Part shown: positions 1 to 9,921 of the stretch, piece by piece
How the letters are laid out: each line of letters starts with the position of its first letter
Numbering within the stretch: position 1 is the first letter of the stretch
From: Macrostomum lignano
Taxonomy: Eukaryota
Length of the DNA stretch: 64,000 bases
Direction: 5' to 3'
Assembly: GCA_002269645.1 (NCBI GenBank)
Contig: NIVC01000059.1
Coordinates: 434,001 to 498,000 of the forward strand
Notes under the pieces: model-generated
Databases searched by the model: none
The model's input: only the letters and a program-made list of their open reading frames with translations
What the model was told of the DNA's origin: nothing
Program-made: the position numbers and the translations under genes

Positions 1-567
1 ATTCTCAGCTCAGGGATTATCCTGAGGGGCGATTCTCAGCTCAGGGATTATCCTGAGGGGCGATTCTCAGCTCAGGGATTATCCTGAAGGGCGATTCTCA
101 GCTCAGGGATTATTCTTAGGGGCGATTCTCAGCTCAGGGATTATCCTGAAGGGCGATTCTCAGCTCAGGGATTATCCTGAGGGGCGATTCTCAGCTCAGG
201 GATTATCCTGAAGGGCGATTCTCAGCTCAGGGATTATTCTTAGGGGCGATTCTCAGCTCAGGGATTATCCTGAGGGGCGATTCTCAGCTCAGGGATTATC
301 CTGAAGGGCGATTCTCAGCTCAGGGATTATCCTGAAGGGCGATTCTCAGCTCAGGGATTATTCTTAGGGGCGATTCTCAGCTCAGGGATTATCCTGAGGG
401 GCGATTCTCAGCTCAGGGATTATCCTGAAGGGCGATTCTCAGCTCAGGGATTATCCTGAGGGGCGATTCTCAGCTCAGGGATTTTCCTGAAGGGCGATTC
501 TCAGCTCAGGGATTATCCTGAGGGGCGATTCTCAGCTCAGGGACTATCCTGAGAGCGATTCTCAGCT
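1..567. repeat. 31-bp minisatellite (ATTCTCAGCTCAGGGATTATCCTGAGGGGCG)n, truncated by window start
   Basis: About 18 near-identical tandem units; each has an internal CTCAGG..CCTGAG inverted pair. Confidence 0.97.
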
Positions 568-1140
568 AGCCTTATCGAATGAGAGCACAATGACGATCAT
601 AAAAAAGCATCAAAAAGTGCGCTGACGGGAAAGCAGATCAAATTTTCAAAAAGCAATACTGATACAAACAGCGCCTGCACAAGTCGCACCCAGCAGGGGA
701 AGCGGCCCCTTTAGCAACTGGTGAGGTATAACTTATTAGTGTCAACCGTGTCAACAGGTGTTCACATCAGTAGTAAAACAAATTGCCGAATCAGAGCAAC
801 GCAAAACTACCTGAAGCCTGCGACTCGAAAAAATCATAAAATTTAAAAACAACACCAATGGAATGAAAGCTGGCTCTCTTTCTAAGAAAGAAAAAAATGT
901 TTTGAAACAGGTTAGTTCTGTTCGTAGCATTCCGCTTCTGCTTTGCTGGGAAACCAGCCCAGTGCGTGACGTGTCACTGTTCTCAGAAAATAACTGAAAT
1001 TGGCGACACTGTTGACAGAAATCCGGGTTTTTTAAAAAAAAACAATTTATGAGAAAAAAATGATTGAAATAATTTGCTTGAGTGATGCAGCGCTGAAGCT
1101 GTAACAGCAGAGTAGCATTCCCAAATTAAGTTTCTAGATT

Positions 1141-1590
1141 TTCCCACACCCTACTCTCATTCCCCACACCCTACTCTGATTCCCCACACCCTACTCTGAT
1201 TCCCCACACCCTACTCTCATTCCCCACACCCTACTCTCATTCCCCACACCCTACTCTAATTCCCCACACCCTACTCTCATTCCCCACACCCTACTCTCAT
1301 TCCCCACACCCTACTCTGATTCCCCACACCCTACTCTCATTCCCCACACCCTACTCTCATTCCCTACACCCTACTCTCATTCCCCACACCCTACTCTCAT
1401 TCCCTACACCCTACTCTCATTCCCCACACCCTACTCTCATTCCCCACACCCTACTCTCATTCCCTACACCCTACTCTCATTCCCCACACCCTACTCTCAT
1501 TCCCTACACCCTACTCTCATTCCCCACACCCTACTCTCATGGGACCCACCCTACTCCCATTCCCCACACCCTATTCTCATTCCCCACACT
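1141..1590. repeat. 20-bp minisatellite (TCCCCACACCCTACTCTCAT)n
   Basis: About 22 tandem units visible directly. Confidence 0.97.
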
Positions 1591-1731
1591 TCCCACCCCA
1601 ACTCTCAGTTGAATGCAACATTCCAAACATCCACAGCTGATACTCTGCAGCACCGTAAAAAAAATTGAGAAACAGTAGAAAAACAAAAAAATGAAAACAA
1701 CCTGGTCAAGTAAAGATTTAGTTTTACAGCT

Positions 1732-2418
1732 TCACTGCCAAAGAGATAGCAGAGTGGCGATGGGGGGCAGAGCCACCCGAGCTGCAGGCGGAGGTGGCGG
1801 AGGCTGCTGCTGCTGGTGTTGAATAACAACTCCATGACCGGGAGGGTATCCGTCCATTTGCAGCGCAGAATACTGATGCTGGTGCTGGTGCGGCATCAAT
1901 GCGGGCGAAGCGGCGCCGACCATCTGAGGTAGAGTCGGCTGCGGAGGCGGAGGCGGCGGCAGAGGCGGCGGCGCAAGGGCGGGGTCCTGTACACCTGTCA
2001 GCATTGGCGCAGCATCAGCAGCAGTTGAATTGGGCGCAGCAGCCGCAGCAGCAGCAGCTGCAGCCGCCTTCTTAGCATTATTCAACGACTTCTTCGACGG
2101 CGGCGGCACCCAATCGGGCAGGCGGCCCTGCAAATTAAGGCGTCGCCTGTCGCGCCATCGGCGACGCTGGAACCAAGCGGCCACGCGATTGGCTGCCACA
2201 CCTAGCCGGCTGGCCAGCTTAGCCCGATCAGCCGGCGTCTGGTATTTGGCAGCCGAATAAACCGACTCGAGAGCCGCCCGTTGCTGCTCGGTGAACCGCT
2301 GATTATGCCGACTGTCCGCGCCACCGCTGCTGCTGACGCTGTCATCGTCGTCGTTGTCGGCACCCAGTGAGCCAGACAGGTCGCCGCCGTCGGCGGTGCC
2401 AACGTTGCCAGCTTTGGT
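1732..2418 (-). CDS. Divergent homeobox protein, exon 2 (homeodomain 2316-2137; poly-Ala/Pro/Gln tail)
   Basis: Acceptor ccag|ACC at 2419/2418, phase 0. Translation extends the track ORF upstream: DSRHNQRFTEQQRAALESVYSAAKYQTPADRAKLASRLGVAANRVAAWFQRRRWRDRRR, with F8, L16, Y25, R31, L34, W48, F49 at canonical homeodomain positions. Confidence 0.85.
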   Translation of the reverse strand, partial: TKAGNVGTADGGDLSGSLGADNDDDDSVSSSGGADSRHNQRFTEQQRAALESVYSAAKYQTPADRAKLASRLGVAANRVAAWFQRRRWRDRRRLNLQGRLPDWVPPPSKKSLNNAKKAAAAAAAAAAAPNSTAADAAPMLTGVQDPALAPPPLPPPPPPQPTLPQMVGAASPALMPHQHQHQYSALQMDGYPPGHGVVIQHQQQQPPPPPPAARVALPPIATLLSLWQ

Positions 2419-2551
2419 CTGGATTTAAACAAAATCGTTAAACTGCTTAGTAAAACATGCTTTGGAAAGTTATTTTCGATACATATCGGCGAGGCAATTA
2501 GACTTTCATTTAATCATGATCTTTTGATTTTCTTATTTATTTAATCCAAAT

Positions 2552-2705
2552 CTATTTTCGATACATATCGGCAACTTGACTTTTTCTTTATAAACACAAT
2601 GGTAAGTCTTTGCTACTTTATTGAAAACTATTTTCGATACATATCGGCAACTTGCCTTTTCTATAAACACACACAATGGTTAGTCTTTGTTACTTTGTTG
2701 AAGAC
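2552..2705. repeat. ~76-bp tandem duplication in the homeobox intron
   Basis: CTATTTTCGATACATATCGGCAACTTG... occurs twice, with a third partial copy near 2471. Confidence 0.8.
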
Positions 2706-2829
2706 TTCATAATCATAAATTTTACTTGATTTCAGTGAATAAGGCCTTTTAACTTTTTATGTAGAAACACTCAAGAGAAACAGTTAAGAAAGACTGTTAT
2801 TGCTTAATTAGAAAAAGAATCAACCTCAC

Positions 2830-3129
2830 CTTCTTTTTCTTCTTTTTTGGAACACTATCTCCACCAGAAGCAGTGCTAGCTGAGACTGAGGCTGCCTCAT
2901 CAATGCTCTGACTGGCTTGGCGTTTTAGGTTCATTGCATCAGGCCAATTGTCAGGCCTGTGCATAGTAGCAGCATCTGCTGCTTGGCTAGCAGGCACCAA
3001 GGCAAAGTCAGTGGCAACTGGGGCAGGTGCAACCAGAGGTGCATCTGTCAAACTACCAATTAGAGACCAATCGTCATTGCTGAAGCTGTTGCAAAAGTCT
3101 TCTTGGCTCTGCTCGAATGAAGCCTGCAT
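2830..3129 (-). CDS. Divergent homeobox protein, exon 1 (100 aa, ends in PKKKKKK, NLS-like)
   Basis: ATG at 3129 with an in-frame upstream TAG; donor AAG|GTGAGG at 2830/2829, phase 0, matching exon 2; joined protein about 328 aa. Confidence 0.75.
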
Positions 3130-4462
3130 TTGAGTCTAGGCCCATGCAATTAAATATTGCGTTGGTTTTTTATTATTTTATTTCACTATAATTATAGCTA
3201 CAACCATGGAATACTATGCTACCTACAATAAATTTAGCAGTTTAAAGCTTTAACTCTTTAGGTTTTCATAGTTATTGCTATATTGCTATATAAGCAACTA
3301 CTTATAGAATGACTGTAAAATATACAATAGAAATTTAAGAAGCAGTTGTTTTGCTTCTTAATGTACTTTATATAATAGACTTAAAAAGACCTCTAATATG
3401 GTAAGGATATGATAAAACTATATAGATAAAAGGTTAATACTACTCTACCCTTATTACGTTATGCTTAGGCCCTATTATTTTGTAATTATTCAATTTTATG
3501 AAGCTTTTATTAGGATTAAAAATAAAGTCATTTTTTATCATTTTCTTCGACATTATACATATTTTATAGGTCTACAATTATAAAGATTATATAAATTACA
3601 ATGTTTTCATTTTGTAATAGTATAGTCGTATAGATATAGAGGTAGGCCTAGGTCTATGATAACAATATTAAAAAATTGAAGCATTAATTATATAACGCCA
3701 TAGCCTATGGCCATAGGCATAGTATTGCATTATTCTTAAATTTAAAATATTAAAAATATATATATAGGCCTATATTTATTGACTTTATTGTCATATAGGA
3801 ATTTTTGTCTAGCCTATCAGACTACCATATTATATAACTACTACCATATTAGAAGTGATATCATAACATTCACATATATCTAAATAGTATAGAATGAGCA
3901 CCTGCAGACTAGACTTATAGAGGGGAATTAGCCACTAGCTTCAATGCATTGGTCATTGACATTTTGGATATAGATAAATGGAGAAATGTGGTGTTGATAC
4001 TTTGAATTGAAAATCTATCATTTTGAAGATGTATATAGCATTGATTGTGAGCATGCAACATGCTAGGGGCCTAGGCCTAGCATGCAGTGGTAGGCCTAAA
4101 CAAAAAAATTGATAGGCTCCCTGCTGCATATTATGCAAATGGAACATGACTAGGCCTACTTGCTTTGTGTCGGGATTTTGACCGAAATTTGCAAGAATTT
4201 TTAACCAAGGACTGTTTGAAAGAATATAATATTTTATAACAAAGTTTATAAAAACTTGTAGAAACTAAAAAAACAATTTGCATCATTGCGATTTTGATAC
4301 CAGAAAACATGTTGGCCTAACTAAAACTAAAAGAAATTACAGTTTAGATACAAAAATCTAGCTCTAGCTGTAGGTTAATATTTTGAGGGTAATAATTTTT
4401 TCTTCAGAATTAAAATTTAAAATGAAAGCATTTAATGAAAATACATAAGTTACATTGAAGAA

Positions 4463-4493
4463 ACGCGCGACCGCGCGCGCGCGTCACGGGCCG
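4463..4493. promoter_or_regulatory. CGCG-rich element in the AT-rich spacer between the divergent homeobox and STYXL1 genes
   Basis: ACGCGCGACCGCGCGCGCGCGTCACG stands out in very AT-rich DNA about 300 bp upstream of the STYXL1 ATG; promoter role is inference. Confidence 0.35.
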
Positions 4494-4778
4494 AAATTTT
4501 ATATACAACTTTAAATATCCGCAAAATTTTACTCAAAGTTACTAATAATTATAACAAGTTAAGCAGAATATTTTAGTTAACACAGAAGAATGCTGTATGA
4601 ACTAACCAAAATTTCCGTACTAAAAATAGGCGTATAAAATGGTGATTTTAGTTTTTACAGTAAAAATGTTACTTTGCATCTATGGAGCTTTTTCACAGTT
4701 TTAAGTTAAAATATCTAGATTATTGCTAGGCTATAGCTATTGCTCAAGTCCTTACCAATTTCAGTGGTAATTTTGAGC

Positions 4779-5675
4779 ATGGCACTTACTTTCATCGAGC
4801 CAACCGTTTTGTACAACTACCTAAGCCACCATTCTGAATATCCCAATACATCAAACACAAACTATCTTCTTCTCTTGGATTGCCGCACCCGGGAGGAGTA
4901 CAACGAAAGTCACGTCGTTCTAGGAAAATTTGTTAAGTTAGACGAGCAAAGCAATGATTTCAAGCTACCCTATGATGCTGAACTAGAATGTAAAGAGAAC
5001 GTAGTTGTTTACGATGGAAACACGTCAGATCTGGACGAGGATAGCAACGCCGTTCGCTGTGCAAAGTTGATGGCAAACAATGGAAGCAAGAACCCTGTGC
5101 AAATCGTCACCGGTGGTTATGAGCGTTTCTCGGCTCTCTACCCATTCTTGAGGACCCAGAAAATCATCTTTATGCCACAGGAATTGGATAGTCGCCAACC
5201 ATATCCCTACGAAGTAGTTCCCGGTAAACTCTACCTGGGTAGCCTGGCTCAGGCGAGTCTGCCACACGTGATGAAGGATCTAAAAATCAAGGCCCATGTG
5301 AAATGCACTAACGAGGAGAATCCCATGATCGAAAAGCTCGGCCACGAACTGCTCCTGCTGCCAACAAAGAATTTGGTAGATTGCCAAGTCAAAGACTACT
5401 TCGCCATGGCTGCCGCATATATTGGCCAGCAGATCAACGACGGGATCGTCAAGCCGACTTTGGTATACTGCGACGACGGAGTGTCCTGCAGCCCGGTGTA
5501 CATCCTGGCCTTCCTCATGTCCCAATTCGATCTGAGCCTGAAGGAGGCCTGGACGGACCTGAGACGGTGTCACAGTTATTTTTTCCTGAACAGCGGCTTC
5601 GTGCAGCAACTGTGCGACTTTGAAGAGGAGCTGATGGGCAAACGGATGACAGATCCCGACTCTCTGCAGGCATAG
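4779..5675 (+). CDS. STYXL1: STYXL1/MK-STYX-like (rhodanese + dual-specificity pseudophosphatase), intronless
   Basis: EPTVLYN, LLDCR..EYNESHV, GGYERFSALYPFLRTQKIIFMPQELD, PYPYEVVPGKLYLG, KDLKIKAHV and N.GFVQQL match recalled STYXL1; true ATG at 4779 (the track starts at an upstream TTG). Confidence 0.92.
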   Translation: MALTFIEPTVLYNYLSHHSEYPNTSNTNYLLLLDCRTREEYNESHVVLGKFVKLDEQSNDFKLPYDAELECKENVVVYDGNTSDLDEDSNAVRCAKLMANNGSKNPVQIVTGGYERFSALYPFLRTQKIIFMPQELDSRQPYPYEVVPGKLYLGSLAQASLPHVMKDLKIKAHVKCTNEENPMIEKLGHELLLLPTKNLVDCQVKDYFAMAAAYIGQQINDGIVKPTLVYCDDGVSCSPVYILAFLMSQFDLSLKEAWTDLRRCHSYFFLNSGFVQQLCDFEEELMGKRMTDPDSLQA

Positions 5676-6205
5676 ACGGTGTGCTCGACTTGAACCTGCT
5701 GAACTGATTGGAATGGAAATTTATCACTCCGTTACGAACTGAGAAATGTACAATACGATAATTCTACTAGTAAATGTATACTATAATTCTTTTAAAGTAA
5801 AAAAATGCATATTTGCTTTTCTCAATGTTGCCTGCTAAAGCCACTGATCACAGATTTTTCATGAAATTTCAGATTTTCATTGCAACTTTAATTTCATTTG
5901 CACATGTTATAATATATAGTTTTGACAAAATTTACTATTTGAAAAGTAAGAATTCGTGTTATCTATACCGACAAGATAATTAGCAAAAAACATCAAGAAA
6001 GTACACTTTCTGTAATTATTATAGAAAAAGTATTGTCAACAGGAATTTTAAAATAGATGTACATTTAGACGCGCTAGACTTGAAAACAGTAGTTTTGAAG
6101 ACATAAAACATATTTTTTAGATTAGTAGAATAATGTTTATATAAATAAAGTCTTACACACTACTTACAGTAGCAACATAAACGAAGTAGACGGAATCGCT
6201 CTTGA

Positions 6206-6406
6206 TTTTCTTAGAAATGAGCTGGGGCCATGCAGTACGGAACTGTAAGAGATCGCAAAGTGCTGAATGAGGTTTCTTTAATAAAGAAAACTACACCGGT
6301 ACAAAGCCCACTTTTCGAGAACTGCATATGCTTAATACGCACCAGCGGTATGACAATATTCCTTCCAGGCTCCAATATACCAGGCTCCAGCTCATTTCTA
6401 AGAAAA
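6206..6406. mobile_element. Small MITE-like remnant with 20-bp inverted repeats
   Basis: TTTTCTTAGAAATGAGCTGG (6206-6225) and its exact reverse complement (6387-6406); a related motif recurs near 21550-21570. Confidence 0.5.
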
Positions 6407-7059
6407 CCCGAGTGTAGTGTCCTTCTACTAACAGGTGGACATATCAAAAGTACAAAAAATCAATAGTGATACACCTTTTAAACGATTATCATTTTTCATT
6501 TCAACGATTTTCATTAACCTGACAGGCAGACAGAAGACAGAGGGACAGACCAGAAAAAAGCAAGAAAATAGAACTATAGAGCCTAGCAGTAACGGTCAGG
6601 AATAGAAAGAAGCTTTTCTGTGTAATTAATTACTAAATCCTTCGTTGCATCAACAAACAAACATAATCCCATCTAAAGCCTTAAAATCCATTTATAAAGA
6701 TCGACTATGTTAGTAGGCGTGTCATGCAAGCAGTTTAATTCGTGGTTTATAGCCTAGTGTGCATGCTGTGCTTCGGGGGGGGGGGGAGGGCAGGGCAATG
6801 TATGACAGTGGTTAGCTCGTAACGTGTCAGATTGTAGCGCTAAAGTAGCCGGGTCCGATCACAGATTCCAGAAAAACTAGAAATGTCACGCAGCACCTTA
6901 AGTTGTGAAAAAGCAGAACGTCTACTCTTTTCCAGTAGTTTGTCTGCGCAGTGTCACATAAATTTAATGTGGCAGCTAAAATTTCCTCCTTCCTCGGGGC
7001 TTGTGGCTTTAGGAGCACATTAAAAAAACAACAAGCGTGTAACTAAATGCACACAAGTG

Positions 7060-7336
7060 AACGCAAGACGGACAAAACTTAGCCTAGAGGGCAGACCCAA
7101 TCTAGCTCGTAGCTCAGCCAATGAGAGAGCAGTAAGGAGAGAGGTCAAAGTCAGACGGACGAAACTCAGTCTAGGGGGCAGGCCCAATCTGGACCAGTCA
7201 TGCAATGAGAGAGCAGTAAGGAGAGAGGTCAAAGTAAGATGGACGAAACTCAGTCTAGGGGGCAGGCCCAATCTAGCCCAGCCAATGAGAGAGCAGTAAG
7301 GAGAGAGGTCAAAGTCAGACGGACGAAACTCAGTCT
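7060..7336. repeat. ~80-bp tandem repeat, about 3.5 copies
   Basis: GAGAGCAGTAAGGAGAGAGGTCAAAGT..GGACGAAACTCAGTCT recurs at about 7125, 7209 and 7289. Confidence 0.85.
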
Positions 7337-7597
7337 GCTTGTAGAAAGCCAGAGGCGATAGTTGTGCAGCTTCAAAAACGTGTATATTTCTGTTAAATCT
7401 AATAGATTTCTAATTGTACTATACCTTTTCAACTTCGGATTCGTCAAAAGTGAGTTCAAATTCGTCAGCGTATGCAAAGCTATATAGCGCTCAATGTGAA
7501 GAGAATGAGTGTACTATATGGTAAATTTTTAGAGAAAGTGACTTCGAATTCGTCTAAGTAAGTGAAATTCGTCAGTGCAAATACGCTTTGATTGTTG

Positions 7598-7957
7598 TCA
7601 GAGATGCCCTACATGACAACAAACAGCCAATGTAACGCACAAAGTCCAGTCAAGCCGACGACTGATTGCCTGCGTTGTCACAGCAGGAGCAGCAGGAAAA
7701 TCTGCAACAAGCTTTTGATGCATTTCTTTGAGGGTCACAGTCGGCTTCTCTTCCACATACCTCGCCAACGCCCCGAGAATCTCCTCAGAAAACTTTGGTC
7801 TCACTGCGCCTCCACGCGCGTTAAGATCAATCCTACCCTCATCAACATATCTCCTAATGATGTCACTGGCAGTTGTCCTCTTGATATCCAGTTCAATTGC
7901 GAGTGGTCTCCAGTCTCGTCTTTGTTGAAAACATCGCACGAGTCTAGAGCGATCCAC
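7598..7957 (-). pseudogene. Tc1/IS630-like transposase, N-terminal HTH fragment (truncated, inverted within its element)
   Basis: LDIKRTTASDIIRRY..RGG..PKFSEE..YVEEKPTVTLKEMHQKL..TTQAISRRL paired-HTH pattern; no DDE domain follows. Confidence 0.8.
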
Positions 7958-8393
7958 AGACGAATTTCATGTAGGGCATCTCTGACAACAATCAAAGCAT
8001 GAAATGAAGATTTCAAGAAACTGGGTTACTTTTCGAAGGACGAACTTCACTCACTTTCTTACTTAAACTTACCATAGACACATTTTTTTCTTACCATGGA
8101 CAAAGCAAACACTTTTTCTGATCAGGCTGTATTTGCACTGACGAATTTCACTTAACCTACAGATATGAAGGTTCACACTAAATTCCTAGGCTCCTTCTTT
8201 TCTAGTGGAACGATAGTCTATGGCCAAACCTCACTAAAAAACTAAGCCTGAGAACTCAAAACGAGGCCTGTTAACCGGTTAACAGGCCTAAGAACAAGGC
8301 CTGACAACATTTTAGAACGACTATAATTTGTCAGTTAGTCCATTAGAAGTATAAACTATCAACAGCAGTAAAGACCGATTCATTCTTGCCGAT

Positions 8394-8992
8394 TCACTCG
8401 AACATGATTTCTACGCTGTTGGTGTCATCGTGGACAGTCATCCGCATCTTCTTGGTAGTATCCTCAGACACGACATCTTGCTCATTGGTCCGCCCATTGG
8501 ACTCCACGGCTCCTCCGGCGTGTAGAGCGTACATGTAGGTCATACGCGAATGATCCTGAACGTCTAGCCGTATGTACCTCTCTATTGCGTTGGACGAATG
8601 TCCAGTGACGCGGGCTATATCGTCCCTAGCCAGTACAGCCCGATGCAACCTGCTGGCACAAGTCTTCCTTAGAGACTGGTTTGAGAATTTACCATCCGTA
8701 GACACGGGTTTGGTGATATTCGCCACAATTGGAGTCGAGAGTATGCCGGCCGATAGGTAGACACAGATAGACCGCAGGCGTCTCCATGAAGCAGTTTGGT
8801 TTGCCTCTCCTGAAACCAGTCGTCAAATTGCTTTAGTGCCCATCGTTCCTTCCGGCGTGTCGATTCCGGCACAGCAGCGTCAATCCTTTCAGCAACCTCG
8901 TTATCGGACAGTAAAGCAAATCTAGAAGCCTCGTTTTCTCTCAATTCAATGTCTTTTAACCAGTCGAAAGCGAGTTCCAAGTCGTGTTCCAT
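8394..8992 (-). pseudogene. Crypton-like tyrosine recombinase remnant (DUF3504/ZMYM-type), internally deleted and frameshifted
   Basis: N-terminal SRF..LSDNEV..AVPESTRRKERWALKQFDDWFQER; C-terminal SNQSLRKTCASRL..IARVTGHSSNAIERY (HxxR, GH and Y motifs, with H to Q); central catalytic part missing. Confidence 0.75.
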
Positions 8993-9050
8993 GATTCTCA
9001 GTTCTCTCTGATTTCCTCTAGCTGCCCAAACCTTTCCTTTCTCGCTTTTA

Positions 9051-9921
9051 TAGCATTTTGCAGTCAAGTTTGAACTGCGGGCATTCAAATTAGACAAGAA
9101 GGGAAGAGCCAAATTTCAGAATCCGTCCCCAAGTCAAGCAGAACTTTATGTCTGTGGCACAAACTGAAACACACTGACGGGCACTCAATTTAGACAACGG
9201 GCATTCAAATTAGACAAGCAGCGGAAAGTCTATGTGTGCCAGAGAGAAAGACCATGGACAATCCACGACGGATTGCAAATCCCGGAGGAGTGGGTTGGTC
9301 GAATTGAACTGAAGATCTTACCACCTTACTCTCCTTTCCTGAACCCAGTTGAACTGGCTCACAGTGCCTTTAAATCAGCAGTCAAGAGGCAGCTGTCCAA
9401 TCCTGAAGTTCAGAGAGAATTGGCTGTTCCGCCTCCTGACATGACTGCCGTTCAATGGAGACTGATGGTGCTGCAGAGGTGCGGGGAAATCGCGATGGAT
9501 GACGTGACTCCACTGAAGTGCGTTCACTGGTATCAGCACACGCTCCGCTTCATCCCACGCTGTCTGGCAAATGAAGACATCGTTTGAATTCTCTATCAGA
9601 TGAGACTCTTGTGAGACTCTTGTTCATTGATGTGCTGAGCACCCTGTTTTGTTTGTTCACACATGCTTACTTTGTTATAACTTGTTCTTATCTTCATAGT
9701 TCAGGGTTCACAGAATGGTTGTCTGACAACAGACGCAACACGATCTTGAATTGCCCAGCCAATGCGCCTGAGAACTTGTCTAATTTGAATGCCCCTTGTC
9801 TAAATTGAGTGCCCACCAGTGTGATTTTGTCTAGGCCATAGATAGCATTTGTGCCAGCAGTGAGATCTGGTCAAGCGTCTAATTTGAATGCCCGCAGTTC
9901 AAACTTGACTGCAAAATGCTA
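9051..9921 (+). mobile_element. Inner non-autonomous Tc1/IS630-type element, perfect 45-bp TIRs, TA target duplication, DDE C-terminal fragment at 9234-9587
   Basis: TAGCATTTTG..AAATTAGAC at 9051-9095 and 9877-9921; TA at 9049-9050 and 9922-9923; subterminal GGGCATTCAAATTAGAC repeats; LPPYSPFLNPVE motif. Confidence 0.9.
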
